Assembly (NCBI GenBank): GCA_963727445.1
Contig: CAVSGI010000020.1
Coordinates: 1 to 64,000 of the forward strand
Reading direction: 5' to 3'
Source of the DNA: an uncultured delta proteobacterium
GTDB lineage: Bacteria; Myxococcota_A; Polyangia; Polyangiales; B10-G4
DNA length: 64,000 bases
The notes below the pieces were generated by a model, which was given only the letters and a program-made list of their open reading frames with translations, ran no database searches and was not told the origin of the DNA. Of this stretch, positions 42,054 to 51,934 are shown piece after piece; the stretch's first letter is position 1; each line of letters starts with the position of its first letter. The translations under genes were made by a program, and so were the position numbers.

Positions 42054-43283
42054 ATGTCTGCCGGAGTCCCTCTACGCTATCGCCTCCTGATCGCCTTTCT
42101 CTCCATCACCGTGGCCGCGCTGGTGGTGGCCGTGGGCGCGCTGGCCTTCAACGCCCGGCGCCTGGAGGTCGCGCTCGACCAGCAGGAGGCGGCGCTGGTT
42201 CAGGAGCCCACGGTCGCTGAAGATCCGGTCCCCGACCCCGCGTCCGTCCCGTTGGTACCGGCGACGGACGGGGGCCTCGCCAGTCTCCACACCCCGATCC
42301 CGGACGAGGTGGGTGAAAACGAGCGTCGCGACATCGAGACTTTCCGGAGCGTCGCCCCCTCGGTGGTCAACATCGAGAACCTGACGCTTCGCACCGATCC
42401 CTTTCGACGCAACGTGATGGCGATGCCAAGGGGGACCGGTTCCGGCTTCGTCTGGGACCGAGAGGGTCACATCGTGACCAACTTCCACGTGATCCAGGGC
42501 GGCAACGCGGCGCGCGTCACCATGGCCGACGGGAGCGCGTGGATCGCGAATGTGGTCGGCCACCACCCGGACAAGGACGTCGCGGTCCTCCAGATCGAGG
42601 CGCCCGCCGAGCAGCTGACGCCCATCACCGTCGGCACCTCGTCGGACCTGGTCGTGGGCCAGCACGTGATGGCGATCGGAAGCCCCTTCGGTCTCGATCA
42701 GACGCTCTCCACCGGCGTGATCAGCGGCCTCGGCCGCGAGATCATGAGCGTCGGCAACCGCCCGATCCAGGGCGTCGTGCAGACCGACGCCGCCATCAAC
42801 CCAGGCAACTCCGGCGGGCCACTCCTCGACAGCTCGGGTCGGCTCATCGGCATCAACACCGCGATCTTCAGCCCGAGCGGTGCGTCCGCGGGCATCGGCT
42901 TCGCCGTGCCCATCGACACGGTGAACAGCATCGTCACGCAGCTCATCGAACATGGGCGCGTGGTCCGCCCGGGGCTCGGCGTCGTGGTGGACGAGGGAAA
43001 TCTGGCGGCGCGGGCGCAGGTACGCGGCGCGCTGGTGCTCATGGTCAAGCCGAACTCCCCAGCGGCGGGCGCCGGCATTCAACCGACCCGTCGGGACGCG
43101 CGCTCGGGCGCGATCGTTCTGGGGGACGTGATCGTGGAGATCGACGGGGAGGCCATCGAGGATCACCTCGATCTCTTCCGGATCCTCGACCGCAAGGCGG
43201 TCGGCGAGACGATCCACGTCGGCATCCTACGAGGTCGCGCGCGCATGGACGTCGAGCTGACGCTCGCCGCTATTCAGGGCTGA
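42054..43283 (+). CDS. HtrA/DegP-type trypsin-like serine protease with PDZ domain
   Basis: GSGFVWD, VTNFHV, DVAVL, QTDAAINPGNSGGPL, C-terminal PDZ. Confidence 0.95.
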   Translation: MSAGVPLRYRLLIAFLSITVAALVVAVGALAFNARRLEVALDQQEAALVQEPTVAEDPVPDPASVPLVPATDGGLASLHTPIPDEVGENERRDIETFRSVAPSVVNIENLTLRTDPFRRNVMAMPRGTGSGFVWDREGHIVTNFHVIQGGNAARVTMADGSAWIANVVGHHPDKDVAVLQIEAPAEQLTPITVGTSSDLVVGQHVMAIGSPFGLDQTLSTGVISGLGREIMSVGNRPIQGVVQTDAAINPGNSGGPLLDSSGRLIGINTAIFSPSGASAGIGFAVPIDTVNSIVTQLIEHGRVVRPGLGVVVDEGNLAARAQVRGALVLMVKPNSPAAGAGIQPTRRDARSGAIVLGDVIVEIDGEAIEDHLDLFRILDRKAVGETIHVGILRGRARMDVELTLAAIQG

Positions 43284-43524
43284 GGCGGAGCCGCTCGATC
43301 TCGGCCACGAGCCAGGCGATGTCCTCGGGCGCGGCGGCGATCGCGGCCGCGTCTTCGGGATGGAGCTGCGGGCCGCTCCCGGCCCACCAACCGTCGACGC
43401 TGTGCGTCGCGACGGTGGCCCCGTCGGCGGCGAGGACCGCGGCGCCGGTCTCGTCGACGTGCCAGGGCGGTGCGCTCTTCACCGCGCGCCAGCGGGCGCG
43501 AATCTCCTCGAGACGATCCTCCAT
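43270..43524 (-). CDS. Small hypothetical protein resembling phage proteins
   Basis: RLEEIRARW..PPW..DAAAIAAAPEDIAWLVAEIERLR. Confidence 0.55.
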   Translation of the reverse strand: MEDRLEEIRARWRAVKSAPPWHVDETGAAVLAADGATVATHSVDGWWAGSGPQLHPEDAAAIAAAPEDIAWLVAEIERLRLSPE

Positions 43525-43571
43525 GCGAGGAGGGTACGCCGTGAGGTAGAGTCTCGACCAGGAGGGCCGAG

Positions 43572-43883
43572 ATGGGTGGGAAGAAGACGAAGCCGCGGAG
43601 GGTGCTCCGATTCGCCGTGAGCGGCGCGCTTCTCGTCGGTGCGGCCGGTCTCGGGGCGTGCGGTCACGACGAGGCGGGACCCCAGGGGCTCGGTAACGAG
43701 CCCTACGACGAGAACCAGCCGACGCCGAACACGCCTCCCTCTCCGACGTGGGAGCAGGACCACGAAGAAGAGGCGAATGGGGAGGAGCGAGTCGCTGGGG
43801 AGGAGTCGTCGAACGAGCCTGCCCCCACGCCGGACGGCGACGAGACGACGGCCGACGAAGAGGCTGAGGCCGAAGCGGAGTAG
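43572..43883 (+). CDS. Acidic low-complexity lipoprotein
   Basis: SD ggagg, LGAC lipobox. Confidence 0.6.
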   Translation: MGGKKTKPRRVLRFAVSGALLVGAAGLGACGHDEAGPQGLGNEPYDENQPTPNTPPSPTWEQDHEEEANGEERVAGEESSNEPAPTPDGDETTADEEAEAEAE

Positions 43884-43895
43884 TCCGGCGGCCCG

Positions 43896-45227
43896 ATGCG
43901 GAGCGCCCTGACCCGACTCTTCCGGTTGGTTCTCCGGATCTTCTTTCGCGACATCGAGATTGTCGGGGAGGAGCACGTGCCCAGCGAGGGGCCTGTGCTC
44001 TTCGTCTCGAACCATCCGAACGCGCTGATCGATCCGGTCTTTCTCTTGTGCCTGTCGCCGCGAGAGGTGTCCTTCCTCGCGAAGGAGCCGCTCTTTCGCA
44101 CGCCGGTGATCAGCGTCTTCGTCAAAGCCTTTGGGAGCCTGCCGGTCTACCGCAAGCAGGACGGCGCCGATCCCAGGGACAACCGAAGGACCATCGACGC
44201 CTGTCTCGAGGCGCTGGACGCGGGGCGCGCCATCGCGCTCTTCCCCGAGGGGACGACGCATTCGGAGGCGCACCTCAAGCCGCTCAAGACCGGCGCCGCG
44301 CGCATCGCGCTGTCGGCGAGCTCGAGCGGCGCGCGAAAGGGTGATCTTCGCATCGTTCCGGCGGGGCTCTACTACAGCGACAAACGGACATTTCGCAGCC
44401 GGGCGTCACTGGTCTACGGCGCGCCGATCGGGGTGCCCACGGCTGTCCTCGACGAGGCTGCCGAGCCGCCGCGCGAGGATGCGCTCGCGCTCACGAAGGA
44501 GATCGACGCCGCGCTGGGCGAGGTGACGGTGCAGGCGAGCACGCAGGAGGCGCGCGAGCTCGCCCAGGCGGCCGAGCGGATCTTCGCAGCCGCCGAGCGG
44601 GACGAGGGAAGCACGGATCGGGACAGCAGCGTCTTCAGCGAGATGGATCTGATGCGTCGCCTCATCGACGGGTACGAGACGCTCGCGCAGAAGTACCCGG
44701 AGGAGGTCGCGCAGGTGGCCGAGCGGGTGAAGCAATACGACGCGCGGATCGCGCGCTACGGGCTGTCGCCCCGATACCCCTCCGAGCTCACCTTCGGCGT
44801 CGTGCTGAGCTACGCCTTGTCCACGCTGGTTGCGCTCGTGGCGCTTTCGCCCCTGGCAGTGCCGGGCGTCCTCGTGAGCTACCTGCCCTACCGCCTGGTC
44901 GGGTTCGTCACGACGCGAAGCGCGAAGGCCGAAGAGGTGGTCGCCACCTTCAAGGTCCTCGGCGCGCTGCTCTTCTTTCCGATCTCCTGGATCCTCGCCG
45001 CGACCGCCGTGGGCCTCTGGGTCGACCCGTACCTGGGCCTCGCAGTGCTCGTCATCAGCCCCCTCGCCGCCTTCGCCGGCCTCGTCTTCTCCGAACGCGC
45101 CGGCGATCTGTTGCGCGGCGCGCGCCTGTTGGCCCTCGCCATCTTTCGCCCCTCGCAGCGAGACCTCCTCGTGCGCGAGCGGCGCGCGATCCGGGACGAG
45201 ATCCTTCGGATGGCGGAGCGGCTGTGA
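43896..45227 (+). CDS. Lysophospholipid/glycerol acyltransferase (PlsC-like) with C-terminal TM region
   Basis: NHPNALID, FLAKEPLF, LFPEG, LKTGAAR. Confidence 0.9.
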   Translation: MRSALTRLFRLVLRIFFRDIEIVGEEHVPSEGPVLFVSNHPNALIDPVFLLCLSPREVSFLAKEPLFRTPVISVFVKAFGSLPVYRKQDGADPRDNRRTIDACLEALDAGRAIALFPEGTTHSEAHLKPLKTGAARIALSASSSGARKGDLRIVPAGLYYSDKRTFRSRASLVYGAPIGVPTAVLDEAAEPPREDALALTKEIDAALGEVTVQASTQEARELAQAAERIFAAAERDEGSTDRDSSVFSEMDLMRRLIDGYETLAQKYPEEVAQVAERVKQYDARIARYGLSPRYPSELTFGVVLSYALSTLVALVALSPLAVPGVLVSYLPYRLVGFVTTRSAKAEEVVATFKVLGALLFFPISWILAATAVGLWVDPYLGLAVLVISPLAAFAGLVFSERAGDLLRGARLLALAIFRPSQRDLLVRERRAIRDEILRMAERL

Positions 45228-45281
45228 CGCCCGCCGCGCTTCGGCTGGCCGAGCGGCGCGGATGCGTGCTAGGTCCCGAGC

Positions 45282-46652
45282 GTGTCTCAGGACTGGAACC
45301 CGCAGAGCTGGCGGGACAAGAAGGTTGCCCAGGCTTTTCACTACGAGGACCCGGCGCTCCTCGAGCAGGTGCTCACGCGCCTGAGGAGCCTGCCGCCCCT
45401 GGTGACGAGCTGGGAGATCGAGCGGCTCAAGGTCGAGCTGGCAGAGGCTCAGCGCGGCGAGCGCTTCATTCTCCAGGGCGGCGACTGCGCCGAGACTCTC
45501 GACGACTGTAGCTCCGAGGTCATCAGCAACAAGCTGAAGATCCTCCTTCAGATGTCGCTGGTGCTGGTGCTCGGCGGACACACGCCGGTCACGCGCATCG
45601 GCCGCTTCGCAGGTCAGTATGCCAAGCCGCGATCCAAGCCCACCGAGAAGCGGGTGAACGAGGACGGAAGCGTCGAGGAGCATCCCAGCTACTTCGGCGA
45701 CCTGGTCAACCGCGTCGAGTTCAGCGCCGAGGCGCGCGCCGTCGATCCCCAGCTCCTCCTCGCCGGCTATCAGCATGCGGCGATGACCCTGAACTTCATC
45801 CGCTCGCTCACCGCCGGCGGCTTCGCCGACCTGCATCATCCCGAGTACTGGGACCTCGGTTTCTTCCAGAACATCGACGTCTCGGACGAGCTGCTCGAGG
45901 GCTATCGTGCGATCCGCGACGAGCTCGGCGCATCCCTGCGCTTCATGGAGGCGCTGGGCGAGGACTCCATCGAAAAGCTCTCGCGGGTGAGCTTCTTCAC
46001 CAGTCACGAGGGCCTGAACCTCCACTACGAGTCCAGTCAGACGCGCAAAGTCCCGCGTCGCGAGGGGTTCTACGATCTCACCACCCACCTGCCGTGGATC
46101 GGAGAGCGCACCCGGCAGATCGACGGCGGGCACATCGAGTTCTTCCGCGGGGTGAAGAACCCCATCGGCGTCAAGGTCGGCCCTACCGCGAGCGGCGACG
46201 ACGTGATGGCGCTCCTCGACGTACTGAACCCGAAGGACGAACCCGGGAAGATCGTGCTGGTGAGTCGGATGGGCGCCGCCCACGTCGCCGAGAGCCTGCC
46301 GCCGCTCCTCGAGCGCGTGAAGAAGGAGGGCCGAACCGTCCTGTGGATCAGCGATCCCATGCACGGAAATGGTCGGGTGGCGGACAACGGGATCAAGACC
46401 CGCAGCTTCGACGACATCCTCACCGAGGTGAACGGCGTGATGGACGCGCACCGCGAAGCGGGGACCGTCTTCGGCGGCGTGCACTTCGAGCTGACCGGGG
46501 AAGATGTCACCGAGTGTATCGGTGGCGCCTCCGGGGTGACCGAGGACGACCTGTCGAGGAACTACGTGAGCGTCTGCGACCCGCGCCTCAACTACGCGCA
46601 GGCCCTCGAGATGGCGTTCTCTGTCACACGGCGCATGCGCGAAGAGCGATAG
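45282..46652 (+). CDS. Class II 3-deoxy-D-arabino-heptulosonate 7-phosphate synthase
   Basis: LQGGDCAE, GRFAGQYAKPRS, FTSHEGL, WIGERTRQ, NPIGVKVGP, DPMHGN, CDPRLN. Confidence 0.95.
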   Translation: MSQDWNPQSWRDKKVAQAFHYEDPALLEQVLTRLRSLPPLVTSWEIERLKVELAEAQRGERFILQGGDCAETLDDCSSEVISNKLKILLQMSLVLVLGGHTPVTRIGRFAGQYAKPRSKPTEKRVNEDGSVEEHPSYFGDLVNRVEFSAEARAVDPQLLLAGYQHAAMTLNFIRSLTAGGFADLHHPEYWDLGFFQNIDVSDELLEGYRAIRDELGASLRFMEALGEDSIEKLSRVSFFTSHEGLNLHYESSQTRKVPRREGFYDLTTHLPWIGERTRQIDGGHIEFFRGVKNPIGVKVGPTASGDDVMALLDVLNPKDEPGKIVLVSRMGAAHVAESLPPLLERVKKEGRTVLWISDPMHGNGRVADNGIKTRSFDDILTEVNGVMDAHREAGTVFGGVHFELTGEDVTECIGGASGVTEDDLSRNYVSVCDPRLNYAQALEMAFSVTRRMREER

Positions 46653-46685
46653 CCGAGGGGGGGCTGAGCCTCACTCGCCGGCGCG

Positions 46686-47486
46686 TCAGGCGGCCGCGCG
46701 CCCCACCTTCGCGAGGTACTCCGTCGCGAGGTCGTGATTCGGGATCTGGTCCGGATGAAAGCCGGGCTGCGCGTACGCGAGGATCGCTTCGCGGAAACCG
46801 GCGCCGGCGACCTCGCGGGCGGTGAAGAAGGCTCTCCTCTCCTCTGCGGAGACCGCCTCCGGCTCCTGCGCGAGGAGCATGCGGGTGGCGGAGATCCAGA
46901 AGCCGCCGAGGGTGAGCGACGCGATCAGGAGCCCCAGCATGCGCAGCGGGTAGCTCGGCGCGACCTGGCTGAGGACATCGAAGGCCACCGATTTGTGCTC
47001 GATCTCCTCCGCCGCGTGCCAGAGAAGCAGCGCGCGCATGGTCGGATGCGCATCGTCCAGCAAGCCGTCCGAGAGCGCGCCCTGGGCGAAGGTCGCGGTG
47101 AAGTGCTCGGCGGCGGCCGTCACGGCGAGGCGGATCTCCGGCGTCGTCGCCCGCTCGATCACGCCGTAGCCGAGCCATTCGTAGAACGCGAGCCACTCGT
47201 CGATCTCGAAGCCCTGCTCGCGGAGGATCTGGAAGAAGCGCTCGTGCTCGTGGGCGTGTTGCCCCTCCTGGCCGGAGAAGGCGCGCACCCGTGCCCGGAG
47301 CTCTTCGTCGTCGATGCGGTCCATGAAGTGGTGGACCGAGCGAACGAAGAAGCGCTCGCCCTTGGGAAAGAGCAGATTGATGCCGTTGACCACGTGGGTC
47401 GCGAAGGCCGAGCCACCGAGCCAGTGGCGCGGGATCTCCGGCTCGGCGAAGGGGAAACGCATCTTCCGAACGACGGGCGCGAGCAC
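46686..47486 (-). CDS. Predicted metal-dependent hydrolase
   Basis: FPKGERFFVRSV, FSGQEGQHAHEH, TAAAEHFTA, WHAAEEIEHKSVAFDV, PGFHP. Confidence 0.9.
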   Translation of the reverse strand: MLAPVVRKMRFPFAEPEIPRHWLGGSAFATHVVNGINLLFPKGERFFVRSVHHFMDRIDDEELRARVRAFSGQEGQHAHEHERFFQILREQGFEIDEWLAFYEWLGYGVIERATTPEIRLAVTAAAEHFTATFAQGALSDGLLDDAHPTMRALLLWHAAEEIEHKSVAFDVLSQVAPSYPLRMLGLLIASLTLGGFWISATRMLLAQEPEAVSAEERRAFFTAREVAGAGFREAILAYAQPGFHPDQIPNHDLATEYLAKVGRAAA

Positions 47487-47588
47487 GGATCGAAGATGAC
47501 CAGGATCCGGGTCCGTGTCGAGAGGGGTGGGGCGCGCCGTTCGCCCACAAAGTCGACCAATCCGAGGCCCCCAGGCTAGAAACGAGCC

Positions 47589-48686
47589 ATGGCAGAGGGG
47601 GCAGAGGAGCGACCCGGGATCACGCGGTGGGCCGACGTGGGGGTGCGCGCCGTCATCGTGATCGGGCTCCTCACCTGGAGCTTCCTCCTGGTTCGTCCCT
47701 TCATTCCGGTGGTGATGTGGGCGGCGGTGCTGAGCGTGTCGGTGATGCCGGTCTACACCCAGCTCGCGCAGCGTCTGGGGGACCGGCGCAAGACCGCCGC
47801 CGGGCTGGTGGTGCTCGCCATCCTCGCGCTCTTGGTGATCCCTGGCATCGTCCTGACCAACAGCCTCTTCCAAGGCGCCCGGCGCCTCGCCGCCGATTAC
47901 GACGCCGGGGCCCTCAACGTGCCACCACCGCCGGAACAGGTCCAGGCCCTGCCGGTGATCGGCCCGCAGGTCGCCGACACCTGGCGGCTCGCCTCCACCG
48001 ATTTCATGGCCGCCACGACCTTCGTCCGGCCGCAGCTCGACGCTGCGCGCGACTTCCTCATCGACTCGGTCGCCGACGCCGCCTCCGCCGCTCTGCTCTT
48101 CCTCTTCTCGCTGATCGTGATGGGTGTGTTCCTGGCGACCTCTCGCGATCTGAGCTCCGGGATACACCGCCTCGGTGCGCGCATCGGAGGTGAACGCGGC
48201 GAGGCCTACGTCGATCTCGCCCGCGACACCATCCGGAGCGTGACCAAGGGGATCCTCGGTGTCGCCGTCATCCAGGCCGTGATGGGCGGGCTGGGCTGCC
48301 TGGTGGCGGGCGTTCCAGGCGCCGGCTTCTGGGCGCTGCTCATCCTGGTCTTCTGCATCGCGCAGGTCGGGCCGGCCATCGTGCTGGTGCCCATCATCAT
48401 CTACGTCTTCAATCGGGAGCCGACGTGGGTCTTCGTCCTGTTCACCATCTGGTCGACGATCACCATCTTCATCGACAACGTGCTCAAGCCGCTGCTCCTC
48501 GGACGCGGTGTCAAAGCGCCGATGCTGGTGGTCTTCATCGGTGCCATCGGTGGCCTGCTTCTCTCCGGCCTGATCGGGCTCTTTCTCGGCCCGGTGGTGC
48601 TGGTGGTGACCTACAACGTGGTGCGCTCGTGGTTCGAGATGCACCTGCCGCCGCCCGATGGCTCGCCCGAAGAAGGGGCGGCCTGA
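47589..48686 (+). CDS. AI-2E family transporter
   Basis: Multi-TM; PF..V.WAAVL, DNVLKPLLLGRG, GAIGG..GLFLGPV. Confidence 0.9.
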   Translation: MAEGAEERPGITRWADVGVRAVIVIGLLTWSFLLVRPFIPVVMWAAVLSVSVMPVYTQLAQRLGDRRKTAAGLVVLAILALLVIPGIVLTNSLFQGARRLAADYDAGALNVPPPPEQVQALPVIGPQVADTWRLASTDFMAATTFVRPQLDAARDFLIDSVADAASAALLFLFSLIVMGVFLATSRDLSSGIHRLGARIGGERGEAYVDLARDTIRSVTKGILGVAVIQAVMGGLGCLVAGVPGAGFWALLILVFCIAQVGPAIVLVPIIIYVFNREPTWVFVLFTIWSTITIFIDNVLKPLLLGRGVKAPMLVVFIGAIGGLLLSGLIGLFLGPVVLVVTYNVVRSWFEMHLPPPDGSPEEGAA

Positions 48687-48720
48687 GTCCGGGAAAGTTG
48701 AAAAGTGTAGACCGTCCCCG

Positions 48721-50307
48721 TCAGGGGCAGGAGACGAGCTCGAGGAGCTCGCTGCCGCGGCCGTACTGCTCGTCGGCGGGGTATCCGACGCCTTCGAGGA
48801 TGTTGTAGAGCTGCGTGTGGATGTCCTCGTAGGTCTCGCTGGCCCGGCTGTCCGAGCCCGGCGTGTTGGCCACGCAGATGAACTTCGAGGTGCCGCACGC
48901 GTCGAAGGTCTCGCAGTCGGAGTTGACGGCGGTGCTCGTCTGGAACGACAGGTCGCCGTAGTAGGCCTCGCCATCGATCAGCACCAGGCGCACGTCGGAG
49001 GCGGTGCTCTCCGCGACGGCCAGGTAGGGGTCCGAGCCGACCCGGCCGAAGACCGTGATGTCCGCGCGCATCCCCGGCACGAGCGCGCCGATGTCGTTGG
49101 AGAGGCCGACCACCTCGGCGTTGTCGGCCGTCGCCATGCGCCACACCGCCTCCGGCGTCACCGCGGAGACGCCCTCGGAGGCGGCCCAGGCGAGCGCGAA
49201 GCGCATCTCGCTGAGCATCTCGTCCTCGCCCGAGACGGTCCAGTCGGGTCCGATGCCGACGGTGATGCCCAGCTCGAGGATCCGCCCGATATCCGCCGTC
49301 TGGCCGTAGAGGACCATGTTGCTCGACGGGGACCATACGATCTTCGCGTCGGTGCTCGCGGCCTCCATCAGCTCCGCGTCGGTCACGGCCACCGCGTGGA
49401 TCAGATAGCCGGTGCCGCTGTAGCTGCCGTCCGAAGCCTCGAGGAGGGAGATGCCCGCGTGGCGGTTCGTCCGGGTGTCGCGCCCGGCGAAGGACGCGAA
49501 CTCGAGGTCCACGTTGTTGCCGCTGATGCCCTCGCCCATGTGGACGGCGAGCCGGGTGACGGGCTCGACGGCATCGGTGAAGTCCGCGACGTAGCTGTCG
49601 GCGTCGGAGTCCGTGATGTCGCGGGGGGAGGCGATGGTGGTGCGCAGCTGGTCGGGACCGAGGCCGTGGTAGTGATCGGCGTTGCGCACCAGTCGGTCGA
49701 TGCAACCCTGGCGCAACGACTGGCCCATGATGGTGGTGGTCCCGTGGACCAGCGCCCGGAGCTCGCCCCACTTCGCGGCCGGACAGTAATGGGAGCCCGA
49801 GGAGCGGTGCGCGGTGTAGGGCAGGATGTGCGCTTCGTAGTCGGGGTCGTCCGCCCACTCGTAACGGTTGTTGAAGAGGCGCCCCGGCTCCCACTCGGGG
49901 AGGAAGTCGTAGGGCAGGTGGTTGTGTGCGTCGATGAGACCGGGCGAGATGACGCCGCCGGTGTCGATGATGGTCGCGTCCATCGCGCCCATCTCCGCGG
50001 AGCAATCCGCCGCCACGCAGACGATGGTGTTGCCCATGATGAAGACCTCACCGGGATCGATGGGACCGTCCGGCGCGAGGACGACTCCGCGCAAGAGGAT
50101 CCCCTCTCCCATCTGCACGATGCTCCCGTCGCCGGGCATCGTCATGCTGTCGAGGGGCGGGACGCTGCTGTCCATCGGCCCGGCGCCGTCGGGGGCGTCG
50201 ACGCTTCCGTCCGCAGGGAACGACGCATCGTCGGTTCGGCGCGGGGAGGCGCAGGCCGAGGCGATGGACAGAGCGGTGAGCGCTGTCGCGACGAGGGCGG
50301 GGTTCAA
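48721..50307 (-). CDS. Amidohydrolase-family lipoprotein
   Basis: PGLIDAHNH, VHMGEG, IHAVA, WSPSSN..LYGQT, GPDW, GALVPGMRADI. Confidence 0.88.
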   Translation of the reverse strand: MNPALVATALTALSIASACASPRRTDDASFPADGSVDAPDGAGPMDSSVPPLDSMTMPGDGSIVQMGEGILLRGVVLAPDGPIDPGEVFIMGNTIVCVAADCSAEMGAMDATIIDTGGVISPGLIDAHNHLPYDFLPEWEPGRLFNNRYEWADDPDYEAHILPYTAHRSSGSHYCPAAKWGELRALVHGTTTIMGQSLRQGCIDRLVRNADHYHGLGPDQLRTTIASPRDITDSDADSYVADFTDAVEPVTRLAVHMGEGISGNNVDLEFASFAGRDTRTNRHAGISLLEASDGSYSGTGYLIHAVAVTDAELMEAASTDAKIVWSPSSNMVLYGQTADIGRILELGITVGIGPDWTVSGEDEMLSEMRFALAWAASEGVSAVTPEAVWRMATADNAEVVGLSNDIGALVPGMRADITVFGRVGSDPYLAVAESTASDVRLVLIDGEAYYGDLSFQTSTAVNSDCETFDACGTSKFICVANTPGSDSRASETYEDIHTQLYNILEGVGYPADEQYGRGSELLELVSCP

Positions 50308-50386
50308 GGCCCCCCTAGAGTACCGCGCCGAAGGGCTCCCGGGAACGGACGCCTTTCGGGCTTTGTCTGCTTTAGACTAGCCGCCG

Positions 50387-51922
50387 ATGGCGGGTCCGGA
50401 CGTCAGCACCGTGGCCGAGATGTTCGCGGGGCTCTACGAAGTCACGGGGACGATGGCGTGGAACGGGCTCGCGCTCACCTACGAGGCCCGCGAGCCCGGG
50501 GGTGAGCCGGTGGTCCTCGCGCTCCTCCCCATCGACGCCGAGTCCTCGACGGAGGCCGCCAAGCTCTTCGAGGCGCGCGCCCGGGCGCTCGTCAATCTCG
50601 AGCATCCGCGCCTGCTGACGCTGAGGGACTACGGGATCCGTCACGGCGTCCCCTATCTCGAGCTGGCGCACGCGCGCGCCGAGACCCTGGATCGCATCGT
50701 GGCGAAGGGACCCCTCGAAGTGGATCGGGCGCTGACCATCGTGCGCCGGATCCTGCAGACCCTCGAGCTGTTGGAGGCCGTCGGGATCCGCCACCTCGAT
50801 CTGACGCCGCGGAACATCCTCATCGCCTCCGAGGACGAGGTGAAGGTGGTCGGGGCGGGGATCGCGGCGATCCTCCGCGAGGTGCGCGACTCCGACAAGA
50901 CCGGTCCCACCGGCAAGGGCTCCGGTCCGAGCCCGGGCCGTTTCCTCGCCCCGGAGCTGATGATCGGCGACAAGACGGACCAGCGGACCGACATCTACAG
51001 CGTCGGCGCGCTCCTCCACTACATGACGACGGGTCAGCCGCTCGGCAAGGGCGGCCCACCCCCGCCCAAGGACGTGGTACCCCTGATCGCCGGGGCGACG
51101 AGCCAGATCCTGAGCGACCGCTATCCCCGCGCGTCGGTCATGCGCGCGGCGATCGAAAAGACGGGCGGCACCCCCACCATCGCGCCGCCTGCGCCCGCCG
51201 CCCCCTCGGACCCAGCACCCTCCAACTCACCCCCGGCCCCGGAGCCGCGCGCGTCGCGCGGCCCCCTGATCGCCCTCTTGGTGATCACGATCCTGGTGGT
51301 CAGCGGCGTCGCGGTCCTGGCCGCGACAAAGCCGGACGAGGTCGAGCCGGCGACGACGGCGGCCGGGGAGACACAGACCGAGTCGGAGACGGCGACGGAG
51401 ACGGCGACGGAAACCGAGACGGAGACGGAGACCGAGACGGAGACGGCGACGAACACCGAGACGGAGACGGAGACGGCGACGGACACCGACGCCGATCTCC
51501 TCGCAGGCACGTTGCCCGAGCCCCTCGACACACTCTGGCCGCGGGTGCAGGCGGGCGAAGAGCTGAGCCGGGGCGATCGCCACCTCGTCTCCCGGTACAT
51601 CTACGCCCACCGCGACGATCCGCGGCCCCATCTACTGCTGGCGCGGGATTTCGTGGCGCGGCGCTGGAGCAGCGACGCCATCGGCGCGTATCTCGCGGCC
51701 TTCGCCGCCGACCCCGAGAGCCGCTCCGACGCGCGGATGCGCGCCGACCTCCTGGACCTGGCGACCCGCGCGGCCTCGAACCAGGACGCGATGCGGGCGA
51801 TGGCGCGCATCTATGGGGCCGATGCGCTTCCGTGGGTGGCGGACGCGCTCGCGGACACCGGCCTCGACGCGGGGCAGCGGCATCGCCTCGAGCGGCTCCA
51901 GCATCACCTCGCGTCGCTCTGA
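50387..51922 (+). CDS. Membrane Ser/Thr protein kinase-like protein, probable pseudokinase
   Basis: LEHP, HLDLTPRNIL, VKVVGAGIA, FLAPE, DQRTDIYSVG; TM helix; ET linker; helical C-terminal domain. Confidence 0.8.
   Translation: MAGPDVSTVAEMFAGLYEVTGTMAWNGLALTYEAREPGGEPVVLALLPIDAESSTEAAKLFEARARALVNLEHPRLLTLRDYGIRHGVPYLELAHARAETLDRIVAKGPLEVDRALTIVRRILQTLELLEAVGIRHLDLTPRNILIASEDEVKVVGAGIAAILREVRDSDKTGPTGKGSGPSPGRFLAPELMIGDKTDQRTDIYSVGALLHYMTTGQPLGKGGPPPPKDVVPLIAGATSQILSDRYPRASVMRAAIEKTGGTPTIAPPAPAAPSDPAPSNSPPAPEPRASRGPLIALLVITILVVSGVAVLAATKPDEVEPATTAAGETQTESETATETATETETETETETETATNTETETETATDTDADLLAGTLPEPLDTLWPRVQAGEELSRGDRHLVSRYIYAHRDDPRPHLLLARDFVARRWSSDAIGAYLAAFAADPESRSDARMRADLLDLATRAASNQDAMRAMARIYGADALPWVADALADTGLDAGQRHRLERLQHHLASL
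51367..51490. repeat. Low-complexity gagacg/gagacc repeats encoding an (ET)n linker
   Basis: ETQTESETATETATETETETETETETAT. Confidence 0.85.
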
Positions 51923-51934
51923 GCCTCGGCGGCC

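Noticed and set aside
46686..48974. 762-aa ORF as a single protein
   Set aside because: Only the last ~266 codons encode the metal-dependent hydrolase; the rest is antisense to the AI-2E transporter.
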